NCBI GenBank assembly: GCA_963751345.1
Contig: CAVVUS010000030.1
Location: 256,001-320,000, forward strand
Source: an uncultured Chloroflexia bacterium
Lineage (GTDB): Bacteria > Chloroflexota > Anaerolineae > B4-G1 > SLSP01
Length of the DNA stretch: 64,000 nucleotides
Direction of reading: 5' to 3'
A program made the position numbers and the translations under genes. The first letter of the stretch is position 1. Each line of letters starts with the position of its first letter. A model generated the notes under the pieces. The model worked only from the letters and a program-made list of their open reading frames with translations, searched no databases and had not been told where the DNA came from. Below, one piece after another: positions 21,328-31,609 of the stretch.

Positions 21328-22452
21328 ATGAGTCAAGATTATTACAGCCTCCTGGGTGTATCGCGCGATGCCAGTCCGGAAGACATCAAGAAGGCCTATC
21401 GTCTGATGGCACGCAAGTATCACCCCGATGTCAACTCGGAGCCGGACGCCGAAGAGCGATTCAAGGAAGTGAATGCCGCTTATGAGGTCCTCTCGGATGC
21501 CGATAAGCGGGCAATGTACGATCGCTATGGGACCGACGTCCCCCCCGGTATGGGAGGATACGACTTCGGCGGCATACGGGATCCGTTCGACATTTTCGCC
21601 GAGGTTTTCGGAAACCTGGGCGGGTTTGGTGGTTTCGGGCGAACCGGGAGGGGTGGCCCTCAACGCGGAAACGATCTCCGCACCGAGCTGGAGATCACCT
21701 TCAGGGAGGCCGCGTTTGGCGCCGACAAGGAAGTGGAGGTCCGCCGCCAGGAGCTGTGCAGCGTATGCGGTGGCTCGGGCGCGGAACCCGGTACGTCGCC
21801 TGAAACCTGCCCCGAGTGCAAGGGGTCGGGACAGACGCGCCAGGTCCAGCACACACTGCTGGGTTCGTTCGTCAACATCACCACGTGCCCGCGATGCCTG
21901 GGCAGGGGCACCGTCGTCAAGACGCCCTGTCACGAGTGCCGGGGGTCCGGGCGGACTTACCAGACGCGACAACTCCAGGTCGCTATCCCCGCAGGTGTGG
22001 ATGATGGGGTCACCATTCGCGTCTCCGGACAGGGGGAGCCGGGCGAGCTCAACGGGCCCAACGGGAACCTCTATATCACGCTCAACGTCACGCCCGACGA
22101 CTACTTCAAGCGCCGGGGGAATGACATCATCCTGGAGTTGAAGGTCAACGTCGCGCAGGCGGCGTTGGGTGACAGCGTCACCGTGCCCACACTGGACGGT
22201 GACAGGCAGATCACGATTCCCGCGGGCACGCAGTCGGGCGCCATTTTCCGCCTGCGCGGCCTGGGCATTCCGCAGTTGCGCGGGAGTGGGCGCGGGGACG
22301 AGTTGATCGTCACCCAGGTCGCCATCCCCAAGCATCTGACCGAGGAGCAGAAAGAGCTCTTCCAGCAGCTTGGGTCGACGCTTGGGACGGAGGTCATCGT
22401 CGAGGACAAACAGAGCTTTGTGGACCGCGTGAGGGAAGCCTTAGGCCTGTGA
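21328..22452 (+). CDS. dnaJ: Chaperone DnaJ
   Basis: J domain HPD, G/F region, four CxxCxGxG repeats. Confidence 0.97.
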   Translation: MSQDYYSLLGVSRDASPEDIKKAYRLMARKYHPDVNSEPDAEERFKEVNAAYEVLSDADKRAMYDRYGTDVPPGMGGYDFGGIRDPFDIFAEVFGNLGGFGGFGRTGRGGPQRGNDLRTELEITFREAAFGADKEVEVRRQELCSVCGGSGAEPGTSPETCPECKGSGQTRQVQHTLLGSFVNITTCPRCLGRGTVVKTPCHECRGSGRTYQTRQLQVAIPAGVDDGVTIRVSGQGEPGELNGPNGNLYITLNVTPDDYFKRRGNDIILELKVNVAQAALGDSVTVPTLDGDRQITIPAGTQSGAIFRLRGLGIPQLRGSGRGDELIVTQVAIPKHLTEEQKELFQQLGSTLGTEVIVEDKQSFVDRVREALGL

Positions 22453-22462
22453 GTTATCGTCT

Positions 22463-23338
22463 ATGGAGTGGCTAGAGGTCAGCGTCCGTGTCAATCACGA
22501 GGCGGCCGAGGCGGTGGCCGAAGTCCTCAGCCGGTATGTGCCGGAAGGGGTAGCACTCGACCTGGACCCCGATGCCACGAATGATGCGCCGGTGACGGTC
22601 AAGGCCTACCTCGCCGTCGATGACGACGTCGCCACGCGCCGGCGCAAGATCGAGGAAGGGCTCGGGCACCTCAGCCACATCTGGCCGGTGATCCCTTCCC
22701 CGACATTTGCCACGATTCCCGACCAGGACTGGACGGCGCGGTGGAAGGCGCAGATCAAGGTTCTGCATCTCGGCCAGCGGGTGGTGATCAAGCCCTCCTG
22801 GCGGTCGTACGTCCCCAAGAAAGATGAAATCGTCCTGGAGATGGACCCGGGGATCGCCTTCGGCACGGGCCTCCATCCCACCACCCAGCTCTGCATCGCG
22901 GCCATCGAGGAGCTCACACAAGCGGACTCGACCCTCCTGGACCTGGGCACCGGCACGGGTATCCTGGCGATGGTGGCAGCACGCCTGGGGGCGCGGCATA
23001 CATTGGCCGTCGACATCGATCAAAACGCCGTTATTGCAGCCCGAAGGAATGTGCTGGCGAACGGGCTTGGCGAACGGATCACGGTGCGCGAGGGTTCGCT
23101 GTCTGACGTCGAAGGTTCCTATGACCTGGTCATGGCCAACATCCTGGCGCCGGTGATCATCGAGATGGCGGGCGAGGGCCTGGCGGAGCGCGTCCGACCC
23201 GGAGGAACCGTGGTGTCATCGGGCATCCTCGGCGAGCAGGTCGATGAGGTCGTCGTGGCCCTGCAGGCGCACGGTCTCCGCGTGACCGAGCGACACCTCC
23301 AGGGGGAGTGGGCAGCGCTCTACGCGACCCCGTCGTAG
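22463..23338 (+). CDS. prmA: Ribosomal protein L11 methyltransferase
   Basis: DPGIAFGTGLHPTT, LDLGTGTGILA, ANILA; follows dnaJ. Confidence 0.95.
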   Translation: MEWLEVSVRVNHEAAEAVAEVLSRYVPEGVALDLDPDATNDAPVTVKAYLAVDDDVATRRRKIEEGLGHLSHIWPVIPSPTFATIPDQDWTARWKAQIKVLHLGQRVVIKPSWRSYVPKKDEIVLEMDPGIAFGTGLHPTTQLCIAAIEELTQADSTLLDLGTGTGILAMVAARLGARHTLAVDIDQNAVIAARRNVLANGLGERITVREGSLSDVEGSYDLVMANILAPVIIEMAGEGLAERVRPGGTVVSSGILGEQVDEVVVALQAHGLRVTERHLQGEWAALYATPS

Positions 23339-23377
23339 CCCTCTCTCGCTTTTCGGCCCACGTATCCGCGGGCAACG

Positions 23378-23406
23378 TTATCCACATTTCCGCGAAGTTA
23401 TCCACA
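23378..23406 (+). promoter_or_regulatory. Two perfect intergenic DnaA boxes
   Basis: TTATCCACA at 23378-23386 and 23398-23406. Confidence 0.7.
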
Positions 23407-23516
23407 GTCACGACGCCGCAGGAACCTGCAGCTCGGGCGAGCGCGTGTCTTTCCTGATGCCCCCTCTCGTGGTACAATGACGCCTGGCAAAAAGGAGTAA
23501 CCTGACCACAGATAAT

Positions 23517-25109
23517 ATGAATACCGTAGCCGAACAAGTTGATACGGATATGACCGATACAACACAATCGATCGTCGACAATCTGGACTCGATGATGCAA
23601 GTTCTCCCACCGGAGATTCGCGAGGCCGTGAACGCCGTGAACCGGCGGGACGACCTTCTCGAGGTCATCCTGGATCTCGGGCGTGTGCCGACGGCCCGCT
23701 ACACCGATAGGGAAGTCGTGTTACGAGAGCGCGAGGTCACACGTGAGGATATTGATTGGGTCGTAGACCGGATCGGAGAATTCGATGCCGACAACCGTGC
23801 GGGCATCACCCGTACGCTGCACCGAATCGCCGCCATCCGCAACCGCAAGGGACAGGTCGTGGGCCTGACGTGCCGCGTAGGACGCGCAGTTTTCGGAACG
23901 ATCACGATCATCAAGGACTTGATCGAATCGGGCAAGAGCGTCCTTTTGTTGGGACGCCCCGCCGTCGGGAAGACGACCATGCTACGCGAGGCCGCCCGCG
24001 TACTGGCGGAGCACAAACGCGTCGTGATCGTCGATACGTCCAACGAGATCGCCGGGGACGGTGATATTCCACACCCGGCCATCGGCAAAGCTCGGCGGAT
24101 GCAGGTTTCCCTGCCCACCCTCCAGCACGAGGTGATGATCGAGGCTGTGGAGAACCACAACCCCGAGGTCATCGTGATCGACGAGATCGGTCGCGAGCTC
24201 GAGGCCACCGCCGCCCGCACCATCGCCGAGCGCGGGGTGCAACTCATCGCAACCGCTCACGGCAACACACTGGACAACCTGCTGCTGAACCCGACGCTGT
24301 CCGACCTCGTCGGCGGCATCGAGAGCGTGACGCTCTCGGATGAGGAAGCACGTCGCCGCGGGACGCAGAAGACCGTCCTGGAGCGGCGAGCGCCGCCGAC
24401 CTTCGACATCCTGGTAGAGCTGCAGGACCGGCAGCGTCTCGTCGTCCATAAGGACGTCATGGAAGCCGTGGACGCCCTGTTACGCGGGCGCTCGCTTCCC
24501 GAGGAATTGCGCTATCGCGACGGAACGGGGCAGATTCACATGGAGCAGATGCGATCCGAGAGCCCCGATCAGGAGCCGCTCGATTACATGGACCTCGCCC
24601 GCGGGGCGCCGGTGACCGCCACAACAGGCCGGGAACACCGGACGCTCCAGGAGAAACGCATTTTTCCCTTTGGCGTAGCGCGCAACCGACTGCTCCACGC
24701 CGCCCAGGATCTCCACGTGCCGATTCGGGTTGTGGATAACCTGAAGGAAGCGCAGATCTTCGTGACGACCAAGCAGTACTACCGGAAGCGACCACGCGCA
24801 ATCACGGATTCAGAGCGCCGCGGCGTTCCGATCTACGTCTTGCGGGCCAACACGTTGGCCCAGTTGGAGACATTCCTGAAGGACACGTTCAAGCTCGCGG
24901 ACGATGACACAGACGCGCTCTCACTGGCGATGAACGAGGCCGAGGACGCTATCGGCCGGGTGCTCCAGGGAGAGCACGCCGTCAACCTCGCCCCGCAGAA
25001 TGCCTTCATCCGCCGCTACCAACACGAGATGGCGAAAAAGGCGCACCTCATCTCACGCTCCACCGGCGAAGAACCTTATCGCAGCGTGCAGATCTTCCGC
25101 GAGGGCTGA
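23517..25109 (+). CDS. SpoIIIAA/Ycf45-like AAA ATPase with C-terminal R3H domain
   Basis: GRPAVGKTT, VIDEIG, ATAHG; RRYQH..S.GEEPYR R3H motif. Confidence 0.9.
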   Translation: MNTVAEQVDTDMTDTTQSIVDNLDSMMQVLPPEIREAVNAVNRRDDLLEVILDLGRVPTARYTDREVVLREREVTREDIDWVVDRIGEFDADNRAGITRTLHRIAAIRNRKGQVVGLTCRVGRAVFGTITIIKDLIESGKSVLLLGRPAVGKTTMLREAARVLAEHKRVVIVDTSNEIAGDGDIPHPAIGKARRMQVSLPTLQHEVMIEAVENHNPEVIVIDEIGRELEATAARTIAERGVQLIATAHGNTLDNLLLNPTLSDLVGGIESVTLSDEEARRRGTQKTVLERRAPPTFDILVELQDRQRLVVHKDVMEAVDALLRGRSLPEELRYRDGTGQIHMEQMRSESPDQEPLDYMDLARGAPVTATTGREHRTLQEKRIFPFGVARNRLLHAAQDLHVPIRVVDNLKEAQIFVTTKQYYRKRPRAITDSERRGVPIYVLRANTLAQLETFLKDTFKLADDDTDALSLAMNEAEDAIGRVLQGEHAVNLAPQNAFIRRYQHEMAKKAHLISRSTGEEPYRSVQIFREG

Positions 25110-25130
25110 TTTGGGGCGGCGCTGACACCG

Positions 25131-25766
25131 ATGCGGGGTACGTTCATCACCTTCGAGGGGCCGGAAGGCAGCGGCAAGACCACACAGTTGAGGCTGCTGG
25201 CGCCGTGGCTGAGTGTACACGGCATCGACCCCATCGTCACGCGCGAGCCGGGCGGAACGCGCATCAGCGAGGCGATTCGCTCCGTGCTCCACGATCCCGG
25301 TCACACCGAGATGACGGCGGAGACAGAGATCCTGCTCTACTCTGCCGCCCGCGCCCAGCTCGTTTCCCAGGTGATCCGGCCCGCGCTCGAAGCGGGAAAG
25401 GTCGTTCTCTGCGACCGCTACTATGACAGCACCTATGCCTACCAGGGCTATGGACGAGGGCTTCCAATGGAAGCCCTTCGTCTTATTACGGGCTTCGCCA
25501 CACAGGACTTGGTGCCCGACCTGACACTCTACCTCGACGTGCCCCCCGAGATCGGTCTGCAACGGCGGGAAGATGGCGGGGAGGAGATGAACCGGTTGGA
25601 TCGCGAGGCCCTGGACTTCCATCGCCGCGTTCGTGAGGGCTATCAGGCCATGATCGGGGAAGACCCATCGCGCTGGCGAACCATTGACGCTACCGGCCCT
25701 GTGGATGAGATACAGTCGGTGATCCGAGGGGTAGTGATGGAGAGGGTGGAGAGAAGAGAAGAATAA
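25131..25766 (+). CDS. tmk: Thymidylate kinase
   Basis: FEGPEGSGKTTQ, TREPGGT, DRYYDSTYAYQG. Confidence 0.96.
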   Translation: MRGTFITFEGPEGSGKTTQLRLLAPWLSVHGIDPIVTREPGGTRISEAIRSVLHDPGHTEMTAETEILLYSAARAQLVSQVIRPALEAGKVVLCDRYYDSTYAYQGYGRGLPMEALRLITGFATQDLVPDLTLYLDVPPEIGLQRREDGGEEMNRLDREALDFHRRVREGYQAMIGEDPSRWRTIDATGPVDEIQSVIRGVVMERVERREE

Positions 25767-25869
25767 AGAATGGAGAGAATAGAAGAATGCGGATTGTCCC
25801 TATTCTTCGGTTCTCTATGCTTGCATTCTGCATTCTCCGATTCCTGATTCCGGCGGGAGGAGGTCCCCT

Positions 25870-26727
25870 ATGTTAGAATCCGTAACCGTCGCCGTGGCGC
25901 AGATGAATCCCCAGCTCGGGCGACCCGAACACAATCGCGCACGCCTGCGAGAGCTCCTCGTCGAGGCGATTGCCCACGGTGCGCGCCTTACGGTTTTTCC
26001 GGAGTGTGCCACGACCGGCTATGGGTTCGCGGATCTGGCGAGCGCCGAAGCCGTGGCGGAACCCGTGCCGGGCCCCACGACGGAGGCCCTCACAGAGGTT
26101 TGCCGGCAGCACAGGAGGGATGATGGCGGGCCCTACGTCGTCGCCGGCCTGCTGGAACGCACGGGGGACCCCAAGGTCGTCTATAACAGCGCCGTCCTCA
26201 TAGGGCCGGAAGGCATGGTCGGGCTCTATCGCAAGGCCCACCTTCCCTTGCTGGGTGTGGATCGCTTCACGACCCCAGGGGACACCGGTTTCCAGGTCTG
26301 GGAGACCGAGATCGGGCGAATCGGGATCATCATTTGCTATGACCTGCGCTTTCCCGAGGCGATGCGCGTCCTGGGGCTGTCGGGCGCGGATATCATCGCG
26401 CTGCCCACGAACTGGCCCGATGGCTCTCAGAATGCCCCACAATTCGTCACGCGCACCCGCGCGCTCGAAAACCGCGTCTTCGTCCTCGCCTGCAATCGCT
26501 GCGGCGAGGAAAGCGGCTTCTGGTTCTTCGGGCACAGCCAGATCACGGACCCGCGGGGAACCGTCCTGGCAGAAGCGGAGGCCGACGAGGAGATATGCTA
26601 TGCCGACATCGATCCGGCCCAGGCGCGCCAAAAGCGTATCGTCCTGCGCCCCGGCGAGTTCGAGCTCGACACCTTCGGCGACCGCCGTCCGGATTTGTAC
26701 GGCAGAATCAGAAGAATAAAGAATTAG
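25870..26727 (+). CDS. Carbon-nitrogen hydrolase (nitrilase family)
   Basis: FPE, YRKAHL and ICYDLRFPE catalytic triad motifs. Confidence 0.92.
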   Translation: MLESVTVAVAQMNPQLGRPEHNRARLRELLVEAIAHGARLTVFPECATTGYGFADLASAEAVAEPVPGPTTEALTEVCRQHRRDDGGPYVVAGLLERTGDPKVVYNSAVLIGPEGMVGLYRKAHLPLLGVDRFTTPGDTGFQVWETEIGRIGIIICYDLRFPEAMRVLGLSGADIIALPTNWPDGSQNAPQFVTRTRALENRVFVLACNRCGEESGFWFFGHSQITDPRGTVLAEAEADEEICYADIDPAQARQKRIVLRPGEFELDTFGDRRPDLYGRIRRIKN

Positions 26728-26730
26728 AGA

Positions 26731-27524
26731 ATGAAAGACAGAAGAATGGAGGCCCAACGCGTGGCCACTCACAAGAACTACATCATCGACATGGACGGCG
26801 TCCTGGTACGCGGCAACACGCTCATTCCCGGTGCCGGGACCTTCATTCAACGCATGAAGGATGCGGGCGTCGAGTACCTCGTGCTCACCAACAATCCACT
26901 CTACACACCGGGGGATCTGGCGCACCGCCTGCAGGCCGTCGGGCTGGACATCCCGGCGAACGGATCTTTACGTCAGCTATGGCGACCGCGCGGTTTCTTC
27001 AGAGCCAGCGCCCCAACGGCACCGCGTACGTCATCGGCGAGAGTGGGTTGACCGAGGCCGTCCACCACGAGGGCTACGTCATTACCGATATCGACCCGGA
27101 CTACGTCGTGCTGGGCGAGACCCATACCTATAACATCGCCCAAGTTACCAAAGCCGTCCGGCTCGTCGTCGCGGGGGCGCGCTTCATTGCCACCAATCCC
27201 GACACCTCGGGCCCCTCAGAGCACGGGATCGTGCCGGCGTGCGGGGCTATGGCCGCCCTCATCGAAAAGGCGAGTAACAAGTCTCCCTTCTTTGTGGGCA
27301 AACCCAACCCGCTGATGATCCGCACCGCCCTCAACTACCTGGGCATCCACTCGGAGGACACGATTATGGTCGGCGACCGCATGGATACCGACATCGTCGC
27401 GGGCGTCGAAAGCGGCATGGAGACCATCCTGGTACTCACCGGTGTCACGACGCGCGAGGGCGTTGAGGCGTTCCCCTTCCGTCCGACCCGAATCGCGGCC
27501 TCGGTCGCGGATATCGAAGTGTAA
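26731..27524 (+). CDS. HAD-IIA (NagD-like) hydrolase, frameshifted near 26960
   Basis: [23 protein letters not shown]. Confidence 0.88.
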
Positions 27525-27550
27525 CCGGCGATCTCGGACACGCGACGTGC

Positions 27551-27601
27551 GTAGGACAGGGGAGACCTGGAACGCGATGTTCCAGGTCGCCCCTGTCCTA
27601 C
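27551..27601. terminator. Long GTAG...CTAC hairpin between convergent genes (REP-like or bidirectional terminator)
   Basis: GTAGGACAGGGGAGACCTGGAAC-GCGAT-GTTCCAGGTCGCCCCTGTCCTAC, 23-bp stem with 1 mismatch. Confidence 0.65.
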
Positions 27602-27629
27602 AGGATTACAGCACGTGGTGGAGGATCGT

Positions 27630-28310
27630 TTAGCCCGCGCCCCCATCGCCCTTCGGGGCTCCGTCCAGCGATACCAGCCCCTCCCGCAAGGCGTACAGCG
27701 CCGCCTGCACCCGATTTGCCAGGTACAGCTTGCCCATAATGTTGCTGACGTGCGTGCGCACGGTCGCCGCAGTGATATTCAACTGCTCGGCAATCTCCTG
27801 ATTACTCAACCCTTGGGCCACTAGGAGCAGTACCTCCACTTCCCGTTCGGTCAGTGGTTCGGGCGTGGGGGGCCGGTCTGAGGTATCAGAGATCTCCTGC
27901 AGGACCTTGCGAGCGATGACCGGGTGCAGCGACGATTCCCCGCGCTGCATCTGGCGAATCCCCTGCACAAGGTCTTCCGGGGCAGACTCCTTGAGGAGAT
28001 ATCCCCGGGCACCGGCCTTGATGGCCGGAAGTACCTTCTCATCGGTGGCAAAGCTGGTCATCACGAGGATGCGGCTCTCCGGCTGCCGTGCCTTGATTTG
28101 GCGGGTAGCCTCAATGCCGTCCATCCGGGGCATAGCCAAGTCCATCAGAATCACGTCAGGGTGGAGCCGGTCGGCCTGAACTATGGCCTCCTGCCCGTCG
28201 GCAGCCTCCCCCACTACCTCAATGTCCGGGATCTCTCCCAGCAAAGCGCGGATGCCTTTGCGGACGATGGTATGGTCATCCACAATCAGAATGCGAATCG
28301 TTTGACTCAT
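27630..28310 (-). CDS. NarL/LuxR family response regulator
   Basis: REC domain (VDDH, MDLAMP) plus LTEREVEVL HTH. Confidence 0.95.
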   Translation of the reverse strand: MSQTIRILIVDDHTIVRKGIRALLGEIPDIEVVGEAADGQEAIVQADRLHPDVILMDLAMPRMDGIEATRQIKARQPESRILVMTSFATDEKVLPAIKAGARGYLLKESAPEDLVQGIRQMQRGESSLHPVIARKVLQEISDTSDRPPTPEPLTEREVEVLLLVAQGLSNQEIAEQLNITAATVRTHVSNIMGKLYLANRVQAALYALREGLVSLDGAPKGDGGAG

Positions 28311-30494
28311 AAGACCTCCTCATCGTCCTCAAGGGCGACGGTTACCGTCACAGTCGTGCCGTGCCCGGGCCGGCTGTCCACTGTCACTTGACCTCCGATC
28401 TTGGCAGCCCGCGCCACGAAACTGCGCAGACCCATCCCCCCGGTGGTCGGAGCGAGGCTCGGATCAAATCCGGCGCCGTCATCGCGCACCTGGAGCCGGA
28501 TGACCCCGTCCGTGAACTGCAGCCGCAGCGTCACATTTTGCGCCCCGGCGTGCTTCATGACGTTGTTGAGGGCTTCTTGCGCGATCCGGTAGAGTTCCTG
28601 TTCGATCCCAATCGGCAAGCGGCGCTCGCCCTCAACCTCGAATTCGGTATGCACGCCGGCACGGGTCTCGACCGCCGCCAGCCGGACGCGCAGGGCCGTC
28701 ACCAGCCCTTCCTGTTCAAGAGCGGGCGGGTGCAGTTCAAAGATCAGCAGCCGCATATCGTACATCGCGCTCCGCGCCGTGTCGCCCAATTCATGTAGGT
28801 GTTGCAGGGTCACATCCCCCTTGCCTGCCGTCAGGGCCAGCGCTGCCGCATCCGCGTAGAGCGCCATGCTGTAGAGCGATTGCACGACGGAGTCGTGCAA
28901 CTCACGCGCCAGGCGCTGCCGCTCCTCCAGCACTGCCACCTGCCTGGCCTGCTGATTGAGCCTGGCGTGCTCGATGTTGATGGCGGCTTGATTGGCGAAG
29001 AGGCCAATAATCCGGATGTCGTCTCGCACAAAACCACCGGGCTTGTCCAGGACTTCGAACACGCCGATGGCATCACCATTCGCATGCAGCGGCACGGCCA
29101 GGAAAGATGTGGGGCGCGCTCCCTGCAAATACTCAATCGACTCGCCGGCGGGCGAGTTGGTCAAAAAGGGTTCGTCGCGGCGCACCACGATGCCGGCGAG
29201 AGATCCAGCGACAGGAATCCGGTCAAAGAACTTGGGGGCCGTCCCACTGACGTAAGTTACGTGCAGCCAGGCCTCGTCCTCCAGGAGCAAGACCGCACTC
29301 CTAACGGCGCCGGTCAGTTGCTGGGCTTCGGCACAGACTATCTCGAGCACCTCCTCCGGGCCGACCTTGTGGACCAAAGCGGCTGCCACCCGCTGGAGCC
29401 CCAGGCTTTCTTCCAGACGCTGGCGCGTTTCGGCGTACAGACGAGCGTTATCCACAGCCAGCGCGACCGAGTTGGCAATACCCCAGACCAATTCTATCTC
29501 GTCAGAGTGTAAACTGGCGATAGTCGCTGGAGGTGCTGAGCACGGCAAGTCCCAACACCTTGTCACTCACGCGGATAGGCACAGCCAACACCGATTTGAC
29601 GCCCCAGGCCTGTGCCATCTCCTGGCTGATCCGGGGATCGTCCGCCGCGTTCACCCAGGCCATCGGCAACTGACGGTCCAGCGCCTCCTTGGCCAAGGAG
29701 TCGATCACCGGATCCAGATAGCGCTCACGCGAGTCCCTGCGGCCCTCTTCAGCCGGCCCGCGAACCACCTGGGGCACGAGCACCTCCCGCTCAGGATCAA
29801 GCAGATAGATGCCGCAGTACGGCACGTCCACAGCGGTAGCCAAGGCATCGGCCACTTGCTCCAGCACCTGGGCCGGTTCCAGCGCGCTGTTAGCCATCTG
29901 GGCAGTGTGCAGCATCAAGGCAATATGCTGTTGCGCGCGGATGAGGTCGGCGTTGAAGGTGGCGGAGGTGCCAATGAGTTGTTTGTGCTCCCAACCCAGC
30001 GTCGCCAGCATTTGGGCCAGGCGGGCTTGCGCTGTCAAAACCACCCGCAGACGATCTTCGGCGATGACAGGCACCTGCCGGAGGGCTTCCAGGTACGCCT
30101 GGGCGTCAACCTGCAATGCCTCGGCCTGTCGGCGGGACTCAGCCTCGTCGGGGGGCGCATACAGGAATTGGCCCATGAACAAGGTGGCGACGTGTTCGCC
30201 TCTTACCGACACCGGCATCGCACAGTTCAGCAACCCGTGCTCGCACTGATGCACCACCATGGTGTCACCGTCTCGGAGATGGCTGAAGAGGTAGTCATCG
30301 CTGTAGGGGCAACGGCCCTCGGCCCCTGCGGGTAGGTGGTGAAAGCGGGAACAAATATCTTGCCAACCCACGGCGCACAACACCTTGCGCTCCGTATCCA
30401 GCAGAGCGGTAGGTACGCCGGCGACGCTGTACCACGACTGCATGACTTGCTGAAAGCCGGGCAGATCTACCAGCTCAGAAAAGGGATACTGCAT
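28307..30494 (-). CDS. Cytoplasmic sensor histidine kinase PocR-GAF-GAF-HisKA_3-HATPase, frameshifted near 29550
   Basis: PocR-like GWQDICSRFH..C..CEHGL; two GAF domains; ERQRLARELHDSV; EALNNVMKHA; DDGAGF. Confidence 0.88.
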
Positions 30495-30531
30495 CGGGCG
30501 ACTCCTCTCATTTCTCCTGGTCGCGAACGCG

Positions 30532-30706
30532 GGGGCGAAAGACATCCACTGCTTTGCCGGGATGGCAGACCCCACGGCCACCATTGTATACCCAACGAGG
30601 CGGTTCTGCCTCAATGATTGGCGTAAACCCGTCTCCACACAATACGGAGCACGCTCACACTCGTGTCATCTGAATGTGGAGCGACTAATCTACACAACGC
30701 CGATGA
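30532..30706 (-). repeat. Module-boundary repeat copy 1 (100-bp core 30607-30706 plus extension shared with copy 2)
   Basis: Aligns over ~175 bp with 34922-35096; core also at 40607 and 49636. Confidence 0.9.
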
Positions 30707-30712
30707 CTAAGG

Positions 30713-31600
30713 TCACCCCTCATACGCAACCTTCAATGCACGCTCGGTCACGCCCTCGTAGACACGCTCCATCTGGTCGCGGAATAGCGAGGCCTTGACG
30801 AAGCCGGGAAGGCCAACCCGTTTCAGCAACGCAAACTCAACCTCGGGCTCGGCGATATGGACGGTGTAGTCTGCCAGGGCATCGCGCGTCCCCCAGAAGC
30901 GGTCAAGAGATTCCTCAAGGGGAGGCGGCGGTTCGACTGCATCAGCCTGTGCCTCAGCCAGGGCTTCCGTCGGTGCTGTCGCATTTGCCCGCCGCTCTCG
31001 CAGTGCTGCGGTCACCTCGCCCTGGTCGCGCCCACGCAGTTTGAAGAGCAGGAAGGGATCTGCATCAAAGCGCTCGCCCAGCAGATAGTAGACAGCGGCA
31101 ATATGCTTGCACGGGTTCGCCCAGTCGGGGCAGGAGCAATCCGTCACGAGGTCGTTGGACGAGGTAGGGAAAAGCGGGACCCCAACGGCGTCGAAGACCT
31201 GCTCCACCTCCGTGGGCATCTCCCCGTTCAGAAGTTGCGCGGAGAAGATCGCCTGCGCTGCCAGCGCATCGATCACCGCATCCCACTGGGTATCCGTCAA
31301 CGGCTTGAGCTTGATCTGCACCTTGTACGGCGTGGGACGTGATCCCTGCACGCGTGCGGAGACCTGTCCGGGCACTACGTCAATGTTGAGAACCTGGCCC
31401 CGCCGCGCGTAGCTGCGTCCTCGGCTCAGGCGAGCTGAGTCCACCAACGCCGTCAGCGCCTTGATCCAGCGATTGGCCCACCAGTTCTGGACGAAGGCGC
31501 CCTTTTGGCTCTTGGCCTTGATGCCGTCGACTTCTATGGGTCGCGAGGGCTCATACTGAGGCCAGTAGTTCTCGTAATAGCTCGATCGTCTCCGCGTCAT
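30713..31600 (-). CDS. SWIM zinc finger protein
   Basis: RGRSYAR.G.V, VQGS..Y, CSCPDWANPCKHIAA, DPFLLF.LRG. Confidence 0.93.
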   Translation of the reverse strand: MTRRRSSYYENYWPQYEPSRPIEVDGIKAKSQKGAFVQNWWANRWIKALTALVDSARLSRGRSYARRGQVLNIDVVPGQVSARVQGSRPTPYKVQIKLKPLTDTQWDAVIDALAAQAIFSAQLLNGEMPTEVEQVFDAVGVPLFPTSSNDLVTDCSCPDWANPCKHIAAVYYLLGERFDADPFLLFKLRGRDQGEVTAALRERRANATAPTEALAEAQADAVEPPPPLEESLDRFWGTRDALADYTVHIAEPEVEFALLKRVGLPGFVKASLFRDQMERVYEGVTERALKVAYEG

Positions 31601-31609
31601 CCGTTCACC

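Noticed and set aside
24731-29457. Additional DnaA boxes at about 24731 and 29448
   Set aside because: Single sites inside coding regions, explained by Val-Asp-Asn codons.
30532-30580. Fluoride or c-di-GMP riboswitch
   Set aside because: GGCYGTGGGGTCTGCC loosely resembles the fluoride aptamer 5' end, but the conserved GAUG and 3' UGACNCCUAC elements are absent and the downstream genes do not fit. An Rfam scan would settle it.
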